From contig CM120641.1 in the NCBI GenBank assembly GCA_051362555.1, forward strand, positions 31,502,401 to 31,566,400: a DNA stretch of 64,000 nucleotides, read 5' to 3'. This document shows, piece by piece, positions 1 through 13,114 of this stretch. A program made the position numbers and the translations under genes. Source of the DNA: Lingula anatina (lineage: Eukaryota > Animalia > Brachiopoda). Numbering within the stretch: position 1 is the first letter of the stretch; each line of letters begins with the position of its first letter. The notes under the pieces were generated by a model. The model searched no databases. It saw nothing but the letters and a program-made list of their open reading frames with translations, and had not been told where the DNA came from.

Positions 1-1583
1 TCCCCCAACTGGCAATATTAGACTTCTGATTTTCAAGGGCAGTAAACGTTTTAAAGTAGTTTTGTCTCTGTATCTAATATTAATTTCACTTGTAAGCCTA
101 GCTTATAAATATTATAATATTCAGTTTTTTTAGTTTTATGTCTCAAATAAAAACAACTTCCGACATTTATATTTCAATATTTTTTATTGGCTGAATTTAT
201 TTTTTATCTTATTTCACTAATTAGAAAAAAAAAAAAGATAAACATAAAACGCCCTAAGCTGGACTTTTAGGAAATGACCAAACAAAATCCATCAAACGGC
301 CCTACTGTTAGAGATCTCAGTAATTTATTGGTAGACATATTGTCCACAGCTGCCGCAAGCTTAAAATTTCTTTCCTGGAAAGTAGATGATGTAAAGAATA
401 GTACTTTTCTCAAGATAGAACTCAGTCTCATGTTTTCCAAATGTGTCCGGAATCTAATCCGCGAAGCAGGCGACCACTGTACCCCTAAACCACAGAGACG
501 TACACTTAAGCTATAGGCATGACGAGATGGGCCTCAAACTCTCTATCCCCCCCTCGACCCACCCTCAGTAATACCACCCTGGTAGTCATACACTTTTCTA
601 CAAGTGTGTGCAAACATTTCCTTTATTTCGAAAAAGTTGCAAATACAAATTTTATGAAAAGTAACAATCTGCAGATTCGTTTAAATTACACATCTCGTTC
701 CCATGGCTTGCTACTTACAGATGCCTGTGATGAGTTTAATTACTGGCTAAGAGACAGTAGTTTGACATGTTCAGTAACATATGATCAATGTATTCTACGT
801 AAGGATTATTAAACATGTATTTTTCGAAATAGAATATATATTTTCTTTACTTAGACTTAAGAAATAAGCATTAAAATGTGCAGTACAATACAAATCACTT
901 CTCACATATACATATCTCAAAAACATATGCATACATACATATCTGTATACCTACCATGCCACTTTATTGCGTGTAACTTCTGTATAAAATAAATACATAT
1001 AAAGACAAGCAAATAATTATTTTTTAGTTCAGAAAACATTTGATGTCCCTGGATTATGAATGCCCTCCATTTTTTGATTTTCTGTAAATGTATTATTTTA
1101 CCTGAGAAATTAGTAGATTTTTTTATCATCATTTCTGAAAATAATATCTGATGCATAAATCTGAACATTGGCTTCCTTTTCTTCCCTAATCCAGTTTTCG
1201 AGTTTTTCACAACATCAATATGATATGTATATTATATTTCATTCTAAAGAATTAAACGCATTAGACTTCACTTGATTTCGATTGACGTAAAGTTTAGTAG
1301 GTGTGCCAGATATCTAAGCTGCTTAATCTGAACTAAAACTTAGTGAGAATTCCCTCGGAGATGGGTGGATCCTGCTAGATTGATCTAGGTATGGGAATGG
1401 GTCTAAGTTAATCTACTGGTTAATACTTGTATTTGATGAACTAGGAAGGTGGGCTCTCAGGCTGCTTTTCTGTTCATGAATCTGGAAAAATTTCACAATA
1501 TTCCTTCAGAAGATACCCATTGCTTTAATTGATCAATATGTCTTGAAATAAAAATATTATTACACTGTAAAAGAATATGTTAA

Positions 1584-2217
1584 AGTCATAATAACTCTTC
1601 GTTTTGGCCAAAAATTGGATTTTCCTGGAGTAAACGGCAATTTTCCTGTACTCACCAATGGTCAGCGACCCCATTCCTGCATTCAAAGTTAATCCAGGGT
1701 TTTTTTCCCAAACGTACGGTTTTTTGTTAAGATCTCTTAAGTGATTTTAACTGACGGAGCCCTCTCTAACATAGCATATCGAGCGGGGTTTTCTGATGAC
1801 CTACTTAAAACCGCAGGAAAAGCAGACAACAACAACACTTTATTGCAATAAAATAAGATTCATACGATATAATCGTCTTAATTGCTCAAATTCACAACGT
1901 GTGCAGTTCTGGGCTTTTCATTATCCGACACACTGTACAAAAACTCGCAACTTATGTCTGAGGATTGTGTCAAGCGCCTGTGTTATTTTGGTCTCGACTG
2001 CACGCAAGAATCCGCGTGATGTGCCAAAATCCTTGGCAACGAATGCCTTGATGACCGGGAAAAAAGGCACCGAAAGCCCTATTGACAAGCACAGTTTTTA
2101 GTTTTACTACAATAACAGCCGTTTTAGTGGTGAAATGCAATATAATATATTTCCGTGTGTTGTTTAGAATGTATTTCTTGCGGAATTTTGAATCTCAAAG
2201 GAAGAGTTATTATTGCT
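1584..2217. mobile_element. Non-autonomous Kolobok-like DNA transposon (short copy)
   Basis: TIRs AGTCATAATAACTCTT / AAGAGTTATTATTGCT; TTAA on both sides (1580-1583, 2218-2221). Same ends as the copy at 56661-61758. Purine-purine termini plus TTAA TSD fit Kolobok. Confidence 0.75.
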
Positions 2218-2353
2218 TTAAATACCCAACTGCAGGAATCATTTTAGTAAGCAAAACATGACACTTTTATATATTGTCCACTACACAGATGATGGAACTA
2301 CTGCTGATATAGGTCTTTAATTGTTTTGGTAAAAATAAATAAATAAATAAATA

Positions 2354-3897
2354 AACTAGAGGATCAGAGAGGCGATACCGCCTCCGGATATTGTACCACC
2401 AGCTGGAGTAAGCGCATTCGTATGGAAACCAAAAACAAACAGGAACAACTACCAGTGTTGTGTTTGACAAGCTCTTCAAACTGCAATAAACAAGACAAGA
2501 AATATGCCCCCTCCCACAAAATAAAAAAAAAACAAAAAATGCACAACTTTTGTAAAAATCGTCTGATCAAGCCGATTTTCAAGACAATAGGCTTGTCAGT
2601 TTTCTTTAAAATGCACTATCAGTGTTGCATATATATATTGAAAGAAAGAAATAAGCCTATCTCTGCCAGTTTTGGAAATGTAAGGGACAGAAAATTTACA
2701 AAGTTCAGTTCATGGTGAAAAGTAGGTCAAAGGTCAATTCCAAGGTCACAGTTAGATTGCCAGTATATGACTTCCTTCCTATTCAAGTTCAATAGTAACT
2801 ATGGGTGTATACTTTTGGAGTATTTCACATTTTATTTTCACCACTGAATATTGCTCAGTTGTGCTTTTTGATAGAGCGCAACTCAATTTAAATGTGACAG
2901 TTAGATGTCCAGCATATGACTTCCTATTCAAGTTCAAAAGTGATCTCTGTCAGTATTGGAAATAAAAGGGATGGAAAAATTGCAAAGTTCAGTGCATGGT
3001 GAAAAGTAGGTCAAAGGTCAATTTCAAGGTCACAGTTAGATTGCCAGTATATGACTTCCTTCCTATTCAAGTTCAATAGTAGCTATGGGTGTATCTCAGC
3101 TACTTTTGGAGTATTTCACATTTTATTTTCACCACTGAATATTGCTCAGTTTTGCTTTTTGATATAGTGCAACTCCTTGACCGTATCGCAAACAAAAAAA
3201 ATGGACACCACCTCCAGTATTGCACTTGATAAGCTCTACATAATGCAAGAAACAAGAGGTCTCTAGCATTTACGGTTCCAGAATTATCGCGAGTTTTAAG
3301 TTTCGGCATCTTATGGCCATTTCTCCCATGAAAATGCACCGATTGACCCCAAACTCTCAAAGATGAAAGGAGGCCCTACTTGCATCCCCTCACTATAATA
3401 TGAGTGCTAAACTCTGTGTTGTTTCTGAAATTCAGCACAAATAAAAGTTTTTTTTGCAAAAAATTCCCATTTTTAGAATATTTTGGCCTGTTTGACCTTG
3501 AAAAAAAGGTCAAAGGTCAAATCCGAAGGCATATTTGAAATCCTCATATGTGACTTTCGGTCAGACTTCTATACTAATTTTTCCCATAATTCCTTCCGTT
3601 TAGGAGATATATAGCATTGAATTTTCAAAAAATTTGACAAGGGTGCATTTCATCGAGTGTCACGCCCAAGTGAATGCACCGACTGAGACAAAAAAACCAG
3701 GGGGTTCAAGTTGAGATTATATGTGACCTAAATCCAAGAGATGGGGACACAGGTCCATGTGGTCTAGGAGGAGAATAGCGGTAACGGTGACTTGTATCCC
3801 ACGCCACCCTGCGGAGCTTATGGAGCCGGTGGAGCCGTACGATACGGGTCGGGACTAAAACCATGAGTACCGCCAGTGTACACGCTGGTGGTACTAA
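2354..3897 (+). mobile_element. Helentron-associated interspersed element (HINE/DINE-like), family A
   Basis: Starts AACTAGAGGATCAGAGAGGCG in an A-run, contains repeated core units (GGTCAAAGGTCA) and ends in a terminal hairpin GTACCGCCAGTGTACACGCTGGTGGTAC followed by A-rich DNA. Reverse-complement copy at 53213-55411. Confidence 0.65.
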
Positions 3898-4375
3898 TAA
3901 AACCACAGGGAGCAGTTTTAGCTCAGCTGTCAGCTGTGGTACCATATGGTCTGGAGTTTGTCTGTTACCGTGATCTCCATGACAACAGTGCCAGATGATC
4001 AACGATGGCGCCCAGAGTCTCAGTAACCACCCATTATTTCTGGTCCTCGCTCACTTCTTCCACAAGAAATGTGCCAAAATTCTGAAATGAAAAAATCAAC
4101 TAAAAAACAAATCTTACATTGATCGTAGATTTGCAGGGACTCTTGTTGAGTGCAAACAGCTAAAGTGAATGACAATGCCTCCTCTTGTTTCCAACATACT
4201 TCCAAAATCAGCAGCTGTTTTGTATTCTATTCAATGCCTGCAGAGGCGCTTCAGTCAATTAAGCTGATTGCACTTTGCGAGAGTCTAGGCACAGAGTTGG
4301 ATCACTCTAAGTTGACCTATGGTGTCTGTGAGAATGAGCCCATAGAGATGAGAATATATACACACAAATACACAC

Positions 4376-4490
4376 TCAAATATCTTCTACGCTATATGAA
4401 GCAGATTCATCTATAGGCAAGAGAGGTGACACAAGAATTCTAAATTCTTTGAAAAAATCAGATATTTTCACCTCAACAGGTATGGTCTGT
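4376..4490 (-). other. Candidate terminal coding exon (unknown gene)
   Basis: Pyrimidine-rich tract and TAG acceptor, then open frame QTIPVEVKISDFFKEFRILVSPLLPIDESASYSVEDI ending in TGA. No homology recognised. Confidence 0.3.
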
Positions 4491-4975
4491 CTATAATAGA
4501 AATGAATTTTTGTTTTTCATTGTTCCAAATCTTATTTTTTGCTTTCTGGCCAGTCATCAATACTACTTTGTCTGTATTCTTTCAATATTTGAATCTATCA
4601 ACTAAACACAACCATTCATTAACACTGGCAGTTTGAGTAAACAATCATCATATTGTAACGTGAGGGGTCCGGTCGCTCGACCGCGACACCCGAGCGCGAC
4701 GTGGGAACTTAGATGTTTCGTATGGGAAAGTATATCCCTGTCCTTCAGAAATAAAGAGGCAGATTTGTGTTTCAAAAATAGTGTTTATTAATTGCAAAAA
4801 TCGACCATAAAATTCTCAAGTCAGAATATCACATGACTTATAGTCCTAAGAGTCTATGAAACTGAGACTATGGTGACACGTGCAGAAGAGTCAATATCCT
4901 GGATGGAGTTGGGTAGCATGCGTCGACATCGAACATCTCGTAGGTGGAGTAAGGTAACTGGACTGGTAACATGGC

Positions 4976-5375
4976 GATCGAAGGACGACTTCGTTCGGAG
5001 GAAGGTAGCATGCGATGACATCTGGAATAGTAACACAGCGAAGGACAACTTCGTTTGGAGGAAGGTAGCGTGGGACGACATCTTGAATAGTAACACAGCG
5101 AAGGACAGCTTTGTTTGGAGGAAGGTAGCGTGGGACGACATCTGGAATAGTAACACGGCGAAGGATGACTTCTGGAGGAAGGTAGCGTGCAACGACATCT
5201 GGAATAGTAACACGGCGAAGGACGACTTCTGGAGGAAGGTAGCGTGCGACGACATCTGGAATAGTAACACAGCGAAGGACAACTTCGTTTGGAGGAAGGT
5301 AGCGTGGGACGACATCTGGAATAGTAACACGGCGAAGGACGACTTCTGGAGGAAGGTAGCGTGCGACGACATCTG
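4976..5375. repeat. 57/60-bp minisatellite (~7 units) inside the solo LTR
   Basis: Repeats of GCGAAGGACGACTTC(GTT)TGGAGGAAGGTAGCGTGCGACGACATCTGGAATAGTAACACG; explains the overlapping repetitive ORFs at 4854-5454. Confidence 0.95.
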
Positions 5376-5635
5376 ACTTCTCTTCGTTTCTGCTCGGTTT
5401 CAGCTGGCTGAATATCAAACCCGACGATTCCGGACGGACAACTAAAGGCAACAAAATAAAATCATCTCCATCTCGGAGGAAACTTCATCTCCATCTCGGA
5501 GGAAACCACTGCGCACTTGGACTGGAACATCATCAACAGTTCCAAGCTGACGTCTGCGCTTCACCAATGGCGCCCCGGACCCGTACGGCATTTCACCCAG
5601 GGATGAGATGTGCACTTCTCTTCGCCATCATATAG

Positions 5636-6062
5636 GGATAACCTGTAAAGATAACTTAAGATAACCTAGGAGGATAACCTAAGATAACATGTTCTCTTAC
5701 AGAGAGAACCCATTAAGATAACCTGTGAAGATAACTTAGGATAACCCTGTAGTGAAATTTAAGATAACCTAGGAGGATAACCTAAGATAACATGTTCTCT
5801 TACAGAGAGAACCCATTAAGATAACCTGTGAAGATAACTTAGGATAACCCTGTAATGATAACTTAAGATAACCTAGAAGATAACCCAAAATAACATGTTC
5901 TCCTACAGAGAGAACCCATTAAGATAACCTGTGAAGATAACTTAGGATAACCCTGTAGTGAAATTTAAGATAACCTAGGAAGATAACCTAAGATAACATG
6001 TTCTCCTACAGAGACAACCCATTAAGATAACCTGTGAAGATAACTTAGGATAACGTGTTCTC
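5636..6062. repeat. ~102-bp tandem repeat (~4 units) built from GATAAC sub-repeats
   Basis: Unit AGATAACCTGTGAAGATAACTTAGGATAACCC...GAGAACCCATTA recurs at about 5716, 5818 and 5921. Confidence 0.9.
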
Positions 6063-7280
6063 TTAGAAATAAAACGGAGAAAGTAATCACAACTCAACTT
6101 AACTACTTGCACAAAGAGTGCACAATAATACAAGCGGGTGATTAGTAATGAAAACAATTAATCTAAGGCAGGGGGAAGGGTAAGCTACGGGAAGGATCTA
6201 ACTGAGAACGTACTACAATATAGCAACTACTAATAGCAACTGGAAAAATTAAGATTATTTAAATTAAAATCTATTCTAAATTACATAAAGCTGTGCTTAA
6301 TGCAAGACGGGTAACCCCCGCAGGGGCACCCTACTAAATAAAAAAAAAATCTAACACACTGGCGCTAGCTGTCTTGAAGAAATTTCAACGAGAGAACTAT
6401 CAGATTCGAATCGCCCCGCTCTTTAGCTCTGCGGCCCTATTTATAGACTCGTCTCGTTACGTCATCACTCGACGCGGTCAAAGGTCAGGGTCGTGACCTA
6501 ACAGCATGGCCGCTCAGCATGGAAGTGTGGCCAGCGTGTGCATTAGAATTTTGGATTATTTTTACCCTTTTTTATGGATTACAATGAAAGACTAAACTAC
6601 GGAGTTCGTTTGGATAAACACTAAGACATATGGCTCTGAGGAAAACGAAGTTTTAGGTAGGATTAGTGAAAGATAACTATAAAAAAAAAATAAAAACTGG
6701 TCATAGCAGACGATCGTGCAGCCTGTGTTTACATTACGTCTAATGATTTCTTATTGCGGATTCGTAGCCTCACTGACCCCAATTGTTACAATATTTACAT
6801 AAAACCCAAATAGGTTATATAATATTGATTCATATAATATTAATTCATGTAATAGGAGAAAAAATTATCTATTAGTATATCAACCTTTAGACATAGCAAA
6901 TATTAAGACTGGGTTCCCATATACTTAGATCAATCTAACAGGATTGATTCATCTCCAAAGGTTTTCTCGCTCATTGCTTTCAGCTTAAGTGGCTTAATTA
7001 GATGTCTGACACACCTACTGAACCTGCTAAATGATAATTAATTACCCCCTAGCAGGTTCAGTAGGCATGACAGACATCTAGTGAAATAATGTATATCATT
7101 TAGAAATTATGGTAATAACTCGGAAGTTTAGCCATTCTTTGGATCTTTTTCTATAACTGAAGACAATTTAAAGGCTGTGCAATGGAATTGCCATTTTAAA
7201 GCAGGAATTCTTCTAAGCTAGTTTCATATAGTGATAAAACAACAGGCAGTGCATATTGTTTTTACAAACTCATGACTCAC

Positions 7281-7380
7281 CTGCATAAACACCTTACCAG
7301 TGTTGACATTATCTAGGTCTTTGAACTCTGTGCTAAAGAAGATCATCACACAGCCCTTCTTTATATCCACACAATGATAC
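7281..7380 (-). pseudogene. ARPC2: Isolated, diverged exon resembling Arp2/3 complex 34-kDa subunit (ARPC2)
   Basis: Bounded by ctgtag and gtgagt. Translates YHCVDIKKGCVMIFFSTEFKDLDNVNTGKVFMQ, against ARPC2 recalled as [31 protein letters not shown]. No other ARPC2 exons recognised in the window. Confidence 0.65.
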
Positions 7381-7669
7381 CTACAGATTTTATACCAATT
7401 CTTGAATTAATCATTGTTTTCATTTAAATTAGTAAAAATAAATAAATAAATAAATAAGAAAAAAAAATTTGGGAAAATTATTCAATAATTTATCTATATA
7501 TAATTTTTTTAATCATTATCAACTGCCTCAATAAATAAATGGAATAACTATTTCACAATTTTTCGGAAAGATCTCATTTCTATACACTAACATTTAAAAA
7601 TGTTTAGCTGACAGTGAGAAGTTATCAGTCTTACAGAGACATTATGCAATTTTGTATTTGCCTACTGCT

Positions 7670-8042
7670 TCCCATAATACAACAGTAATTGTTGATGTCA
7701 CAATGTTCAATGTATTCCCATAATACAACAGCAATCGTTGATGTCACAATGTTCAATGTCTTCCCATAATACAACAGCAATTGTTGATGTCACAATGTTC
7801 AATGTCTTCCCATAATACAACAGCAATTGTTGATGTCACAATGTTCAATGTCTTCCCATAATACAACAGCAATTGTTGATGTCACAATGTTCAATGTCTT
7901 CCCATAATACAACAGCAATTGTTGATGTCACAATGTTCAGTCTTCCCATAATACAACAACAATTGTTGATGTCACAATGTTCAATGTCTTCCCATAATAC
8001 AACAACAATTGTTGATGTCACAATGTTCAGTGTCTTCCCATA
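7670..8042. repeat. 46-bp minisatellite (~8 units)
   Basis: Unit CCCATAATACAACAGCAATTGTTGATGTCACAATGTTCAATGTCTT; related array at 34620-35070. Confidence 0.95.
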
Positions 8043-8609
8043 TACCAATTGGCAATCCTCGGCTGACTCCACAAGCTCCATACAAACCTCGGACAAGATA
8101 AGTGTAGGAATATGCATCAAATTGGTACATTTCTCTGCTGGAACTGCCTTTCAATCAACCAGGGCCTATACACCAGAGGGACAAGTTCCCTAAAATCCAA
8201 TTTTTGGGCAGTATTGTAAAAACTAATCAGATAAAATGAAATTGCACATTGTCTCTGAGCTATTCAAACCTGATCCTAAACTGCAACTAGTCTTCGCATG
8301 TGTCATTTGGGCATGGGACTGAAAGTAGTTCATTTTCCAATATTCAAAGCATGCTATGGATGCCATCCCATCATGTCCGAGGTTATTGTGGAGTGCGTGA
8401 GACATCCCAAGTAGTTCTGAATGCGCATAAAACACCAGCATTTGTTGATGTCACAATGTTCAATGTCTTCCCATAATACATAAGCACTTGCTGTTGTTTA
8501 AATTCTCAATAAATTTCCAACAACAAGAAATACCAAATTGAACACAATATGAGGCAAAGTTCTATCTGGTATTATAAGGTGGTAAAGTGACCAAAATGAT
8601 TTTCTTACC

Positions 8610-8827
8610 TGTCCTCCCTCATATCCTTGACACATTCTACAGTGGTTAAAAGCTCTGAGCTGGTTTGGGCAGCCACACTTTGTAAAGCACATCAGATAAC
8701 AGTACTGTAGTATGGGGTGACTAGATGAAGCTGCAATCTTACTGTATAGCTCATCTTACAGTGTATCATATAAGTCCATCTTCCCCTGTTTCAACAATAT
8801 ACCCAGTAACACATCCTTTTCCATACA
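8610..8827 (-). pseudogene. Candidate pseudo-exon
   Basis: Acceptor tttag and donor CAG|gtaag. Best frame CMEKDVLLGILLKQGKMDLYDTL*DELYSKI... has one internal stop. Boundaries accurate to about 1 nt; product not recognised. Confidence 0.35.
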
Positions 8828-11229
8828 CTAAAATTCAAAGAAATAAAACAATTAAAACTTACTTGCATTTGTCATTTGAAAGAAAATAAAACTACAGAGC
8901 AAAGCTGATAAATATACAGTTTCAAAACAAAAGGCCTAACAGTTTTCAGTGCTGCATATATGCTGAAAAAAAAAAACAACATAACTTTTGAAACAAGGCA
9001 GCAAAGCTGTCAAATGTACAGACAAAAACCAGAAAATAAAAACGCAGAAAAAGGATACTGTCAATTTTGATGCACTGATGTATTATGCTTACTGTAACTG
9101 CATAACCAACATCAAATTCTAATTCTGCATAACAGTGGATTAGGATGAAGGTAAAATGTGTTACAAGCATTAGACCGAGTTCCCATACCTAGATCAATCT
9201 AACAGGATCAATCCAACTTCAAGGGGTTGCTCACTAAATTGCTTTCAGCTTAAGCGGCTTAGGATTCTGGCATGCCAGTTTCCGTAGGCGTGACAGATAG
9301 CTAAGCCACTTACATATATATATAAGTTAAAAAATACAGAAAATGTTACAAGTAACAGTACAGGGCTCCTGGTGGATGGGAGTGATAAGTCACATCTTGA
9401 AAATGCCAGTTTGAAAAATTAAAAATTAAAGAAAAAATTACAAAAATATTCCACTAAAGCTGCCATTCAGTCTAGCTGCATAACCATGATAAGAATCATC
9501 CAACAAACAGTGTAAACAACTCACAGAAATATAATATATTTTGTTTTACCACAAAAAGGGCAGTAATAGCTATTATTCTGATGTCTGAACTTGTCATCAG
9601 ACCATGTGACCTACATAGGTGGCTATACTTATTTCTTAAGAGATTATAAAAAAAACAACACTTTTTAGAAAAAAAATTAATTATTTGCCAAAAATGAACA
9701 TTTATTATCCCTTTAACTGCAAAGTCAAGTTGCAAATATTGCACAACAGGTAGTATCAATAAAAGTGAACTGTTACATACCCTTGGAAGTCCCACACTGA
9801 AAATGCCAGTAGGTAAAAGATAAAAATTTCAAAAATATATACAACAGAATAACATTGTCAATAAGATTACAGTTTCAGGACCATATGTGAGAGTTCAAAT
9901 TCACATAATGAAAATCCCAATATGTGAAAAATGATGACAGTGCATAAAATAATATTACACAATGTTTAAAGACATAAAAACCAACACAACTGCTAATGTG
10001 GAAAAACAAAATACACAGGGCTTCTGGTGGATGACAGTTGAAAGTGTCATCTTGAAGATGCTAGTGCTTGAAAAAAAATTAAAAGAAAATGTAAAATAAA
10101 ACATAACAAAAAATACCAATAAAGCTGCTATTCAAACTTTTAATCTAGCTGTACAATTACTAACATGATATGAATAACAGTATTGAGTTAGAGAATAATA
10201 AGGCACTGTTATTCATCTTTAGCATTAATGTAAGCATTACACAAAATTTTTTTTTTGTAAACTTATTTTCAATATTAAATAACATTTACCTGCATAATAA
10301 TCATCGATTCCTAATTATGTGACACAGTTAAGAGTGCTTAACCTATGGGACTTTACAATGAAATCTCAATGTGTGTTTATGTAATCTCATTTAATGGCCA
10401 CTTGAAAATTAATTAAGCAAATTGTTTTATAACCCTGAAATAACTTAAAAATTAATTAAGGAAATTACTTTATAACCCTGAATTAACTGCCTACTATCCA
10501 TATACATTTATTGCACCAAATAGCACTCTACTGCATTGCTTTCAAAACAGAAAACAGTTACAATGGTTTTCCAACACAAGCTGCACTTCAGTCTTTTCAG
10601 TAAGGTTGATTATAATAAGTAACATGGTTTTCCCTTAATCGCTATCCTGGCAGCAGTGTCCAAAATAGGGTTTTCTTCAACTTTCATGCAATAATTTATA
10701 TAACATAATACTTAACAGCAATAAACCATCAATTTTTTTATAAAAAAATAAAAGTATCATGGATATTCAGAAAATGTAATATGGAAAGGTCTCCAAGGAC
10801 ATGGAAGTTCAGAGTCACACTTTCAAAATGCCAAAATGTTAACAAGAGATAACTGTACTGAAATGATTTTCTTTCCATTTTCAACACCTTTTTTACATAA
10901 AACAATAATCAATTTACTGTCATTTTTAAATGATCAACTATGAAAATTGTTGACATAGGAAAAATATCAATAGAAAAATTTATAATGTCCAATTTGCTCC
11001 ATTTGGAGATTCTGAACATAGTGAATGATTGAATCTGACGAACTGCAATGATGAGTTCCTTTCCATTTTTGATACTTTATTACACAATGCACGATAATAG
11101 GTTTACTGTCATTTTTATATAATCAACTAACAATATTGTTAAGAAGCAGAAAATGTTAAAACAACACTTTTACATATCCAATTAGTTCCGTAATGAGACT
11201 GTTAACATGCTTAAGAATTAAATCTGAAG

Positions 11230-12230
11230 AAAAACCACTTATATACAAAAAGGCTAATAACTTCATCAAAACTTAACTGATCAAGCTTATTTTCAAACTT
11301 GATCTGTATACTGGTCAGATTGATCACTCCTGTGAGTTGCAAGACAAAAGGCTGATTGGTTTTCCTTAAAATGCGTTATCAGTGTTGCATGTATGCTGAA
11401 TAAAGGAAAAAAAACAGCATTACTTTTGTAAAAATAGTCCAATCACGCCAATTTTCGAACTTGACCTGCGTATTATGGATATTCACCAGTTCTGTAAATT
11501 TCAATCCAAAAGGAAAAACATTTTTACACTTATCATGTTATCGGTGTTATAAAAGTGCTGAAAAAATTGAAAAAAAAAAAAAAAAAAAAAAACAGGATAA
11601 CTTCCATAAAAATTGCCCGATCATGCTGATTTTCAAACTTGACCTGCGTATTATGAATATTCATTAGTTCTGTAAGTTTCAAGCCAAAAGAAAAAACAGT
11701 TTTCCACTTATTGTGTTATCGGTGCTGCATATATGCTGAAAAAAGTGAAAAAAACAGCAAAAATTCCCTAACAATGATCCGATCATGCTGATTTTCAAAC
11801 TTGACCTGCGTATTATGAATATTCATCAGTTCTGCAAGTTTCAAGCCAAAAGGTAAATTAGTTTTCCACTTATCGTGTTATCGGTGCTGCATATATGCTG
11901 AAAAAAGTGAAAAAACAGCATAAATTCCCGAAAAATGATGCCGATTTTCAAACTTGACCTGCGTATTATGAATATTCATCAGTTCTGTAAGTTTCAAGCC
12001 AAAAGGTAAATGGTTTTCCACTTATTGTGTTATCGGTGCTGCATATATGCTGAAAAAAGTGAAAAAACAGCATAAATTCCCTAAAAATGACCCAATCATG
12101 CCGATTTTCGAACTTGACCTGCGTATTATAAATATTCATCAGTTCTGTAAGTTTCAAGCCAAAAGGTAAGATGGTTTCCACTTATCGTGTTATCGGTGCT
12201 GCATATATGCTGAAAAAAGTGAAACAAGGC
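11230..12230 (+). repeat. Tandem array of ~160-bp HINE core units (family B)
   Basis: CTTGACCTGCGTATT recurs at about 11460, 11638, 11800, 11953 and 12113. Confidence 0.85.
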
Positions 12231-12814
12231 AGCAAAGCTGTCAAATGTACAGACAAAAAGCAGACAATAACAATGCACAAAACAGGCTACTGTCAATTCT
12301 GATGCAAAAGTACCTGTACATTATGCTTAACTGCAAATTCAACATCAAATTTTAATTATGCTCAACAGGTAATACCAATGTAAGTGAAATGTGTAACAAG
12401 CGTGAGGCTTCAGGCCCATGGGAGTTTAAGTTCACACTTTGAAAATGCCAGAATGAGAGAAATGAAAATTTCACATAAAACTGCTTAAATTCAATAATAA
12501 ATGATAACCCATTTGAGCTGGCTTTCTTATTTGAACTGCATGCCAATCCTACAAATCATACTTGTAAGTTGAAAATAATAATAAGTAACACAGTTTTCTT
12601 TTCATAATGTTTGTAGTAGCAGTGCAAAAAGATTTTTGTCAATTTTGATGTAACATTACATAATAAATTACAGAATAATTATCAACAATTTTTGATTATT
12701 GACTATAAATAGCATGGACATGTAAAAAATTTGATTACCATTTGGCTTCATGTCCATGGGAGCTTCAAGTCCCACAGTGAATATGCCAACATGATAAAAA
12801 TGAATATTTCACTA

Positions 12815-12928
12815 TAAATAAGTACACTGCACTATTTGTCGTTAAGCGTTTATTGGTCCAACTTGACAATGATCGCTATCTGAAACAGAAGGTAAATTAC
12901 ATAAATCTACATAAATAATTATCCTATA
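12815..12928 (-). repeat. 3' LTR (114 bp)
   Basis: 113/114 identical to 18074-18187; minus-strand AATAAA at 12849-12854. Confidence 0.95.
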
Positions 12929-12937
12929 TCTCCCCCC
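12929..12937 (-). promoter_or_regulatory. Polypurine tract
   Basis: GGGGGGAGA on the minus strand abuts the 3' LTR start TATAGG. Confidence 0.85.
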
Positions 12938-13114
12938 AAGTCTTTAGGTTCACTGATAACCAAAGTCAGTAGAAAGACTGAAATGTTTCAATGATCCATG
13001 AGAGGTCACTAGTGTATGAAAACAAGTAAACTACAAAGTAACAGTTAAACTGATTATGCAAACGACAACAGGAACAGCAAACATTGGTGTGCAACTACAC
13101 AGGAGTTCAAATGT

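Larger units (their letters stand above)
4654..6790 (-). mobile_element. Solo LTR-like element (2137 bp) with internal tandem arrays
   Basis: TGTAAC...GTTACA termini and 4-bp TSD ATAT (4650-4653, 6791-6794). Minus-strand TATAAATA near 6437-6444 and AATAAA near 4784-4789. GC-richer than its flanks. Confidence 0.75.

Noticed and set aside
519-1210. Short ORFs and possible exons near the window start
   Set aside because: No recognisable homology and weak splice context.
4854-5454. Three overlapping 168-187 aa ORFs as host genes
   Set aside because: They arise from a stop-poor 57/60-bp minisatellite that is open in several frames on both strands.
7670-8042. CRISPR-like regular repeats (also 24900-25662, 34620-35070 and 48415-48707)
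   Set aside because: Head-to-tail units with no unique spacers, no cas genes and a eukaryotic context.
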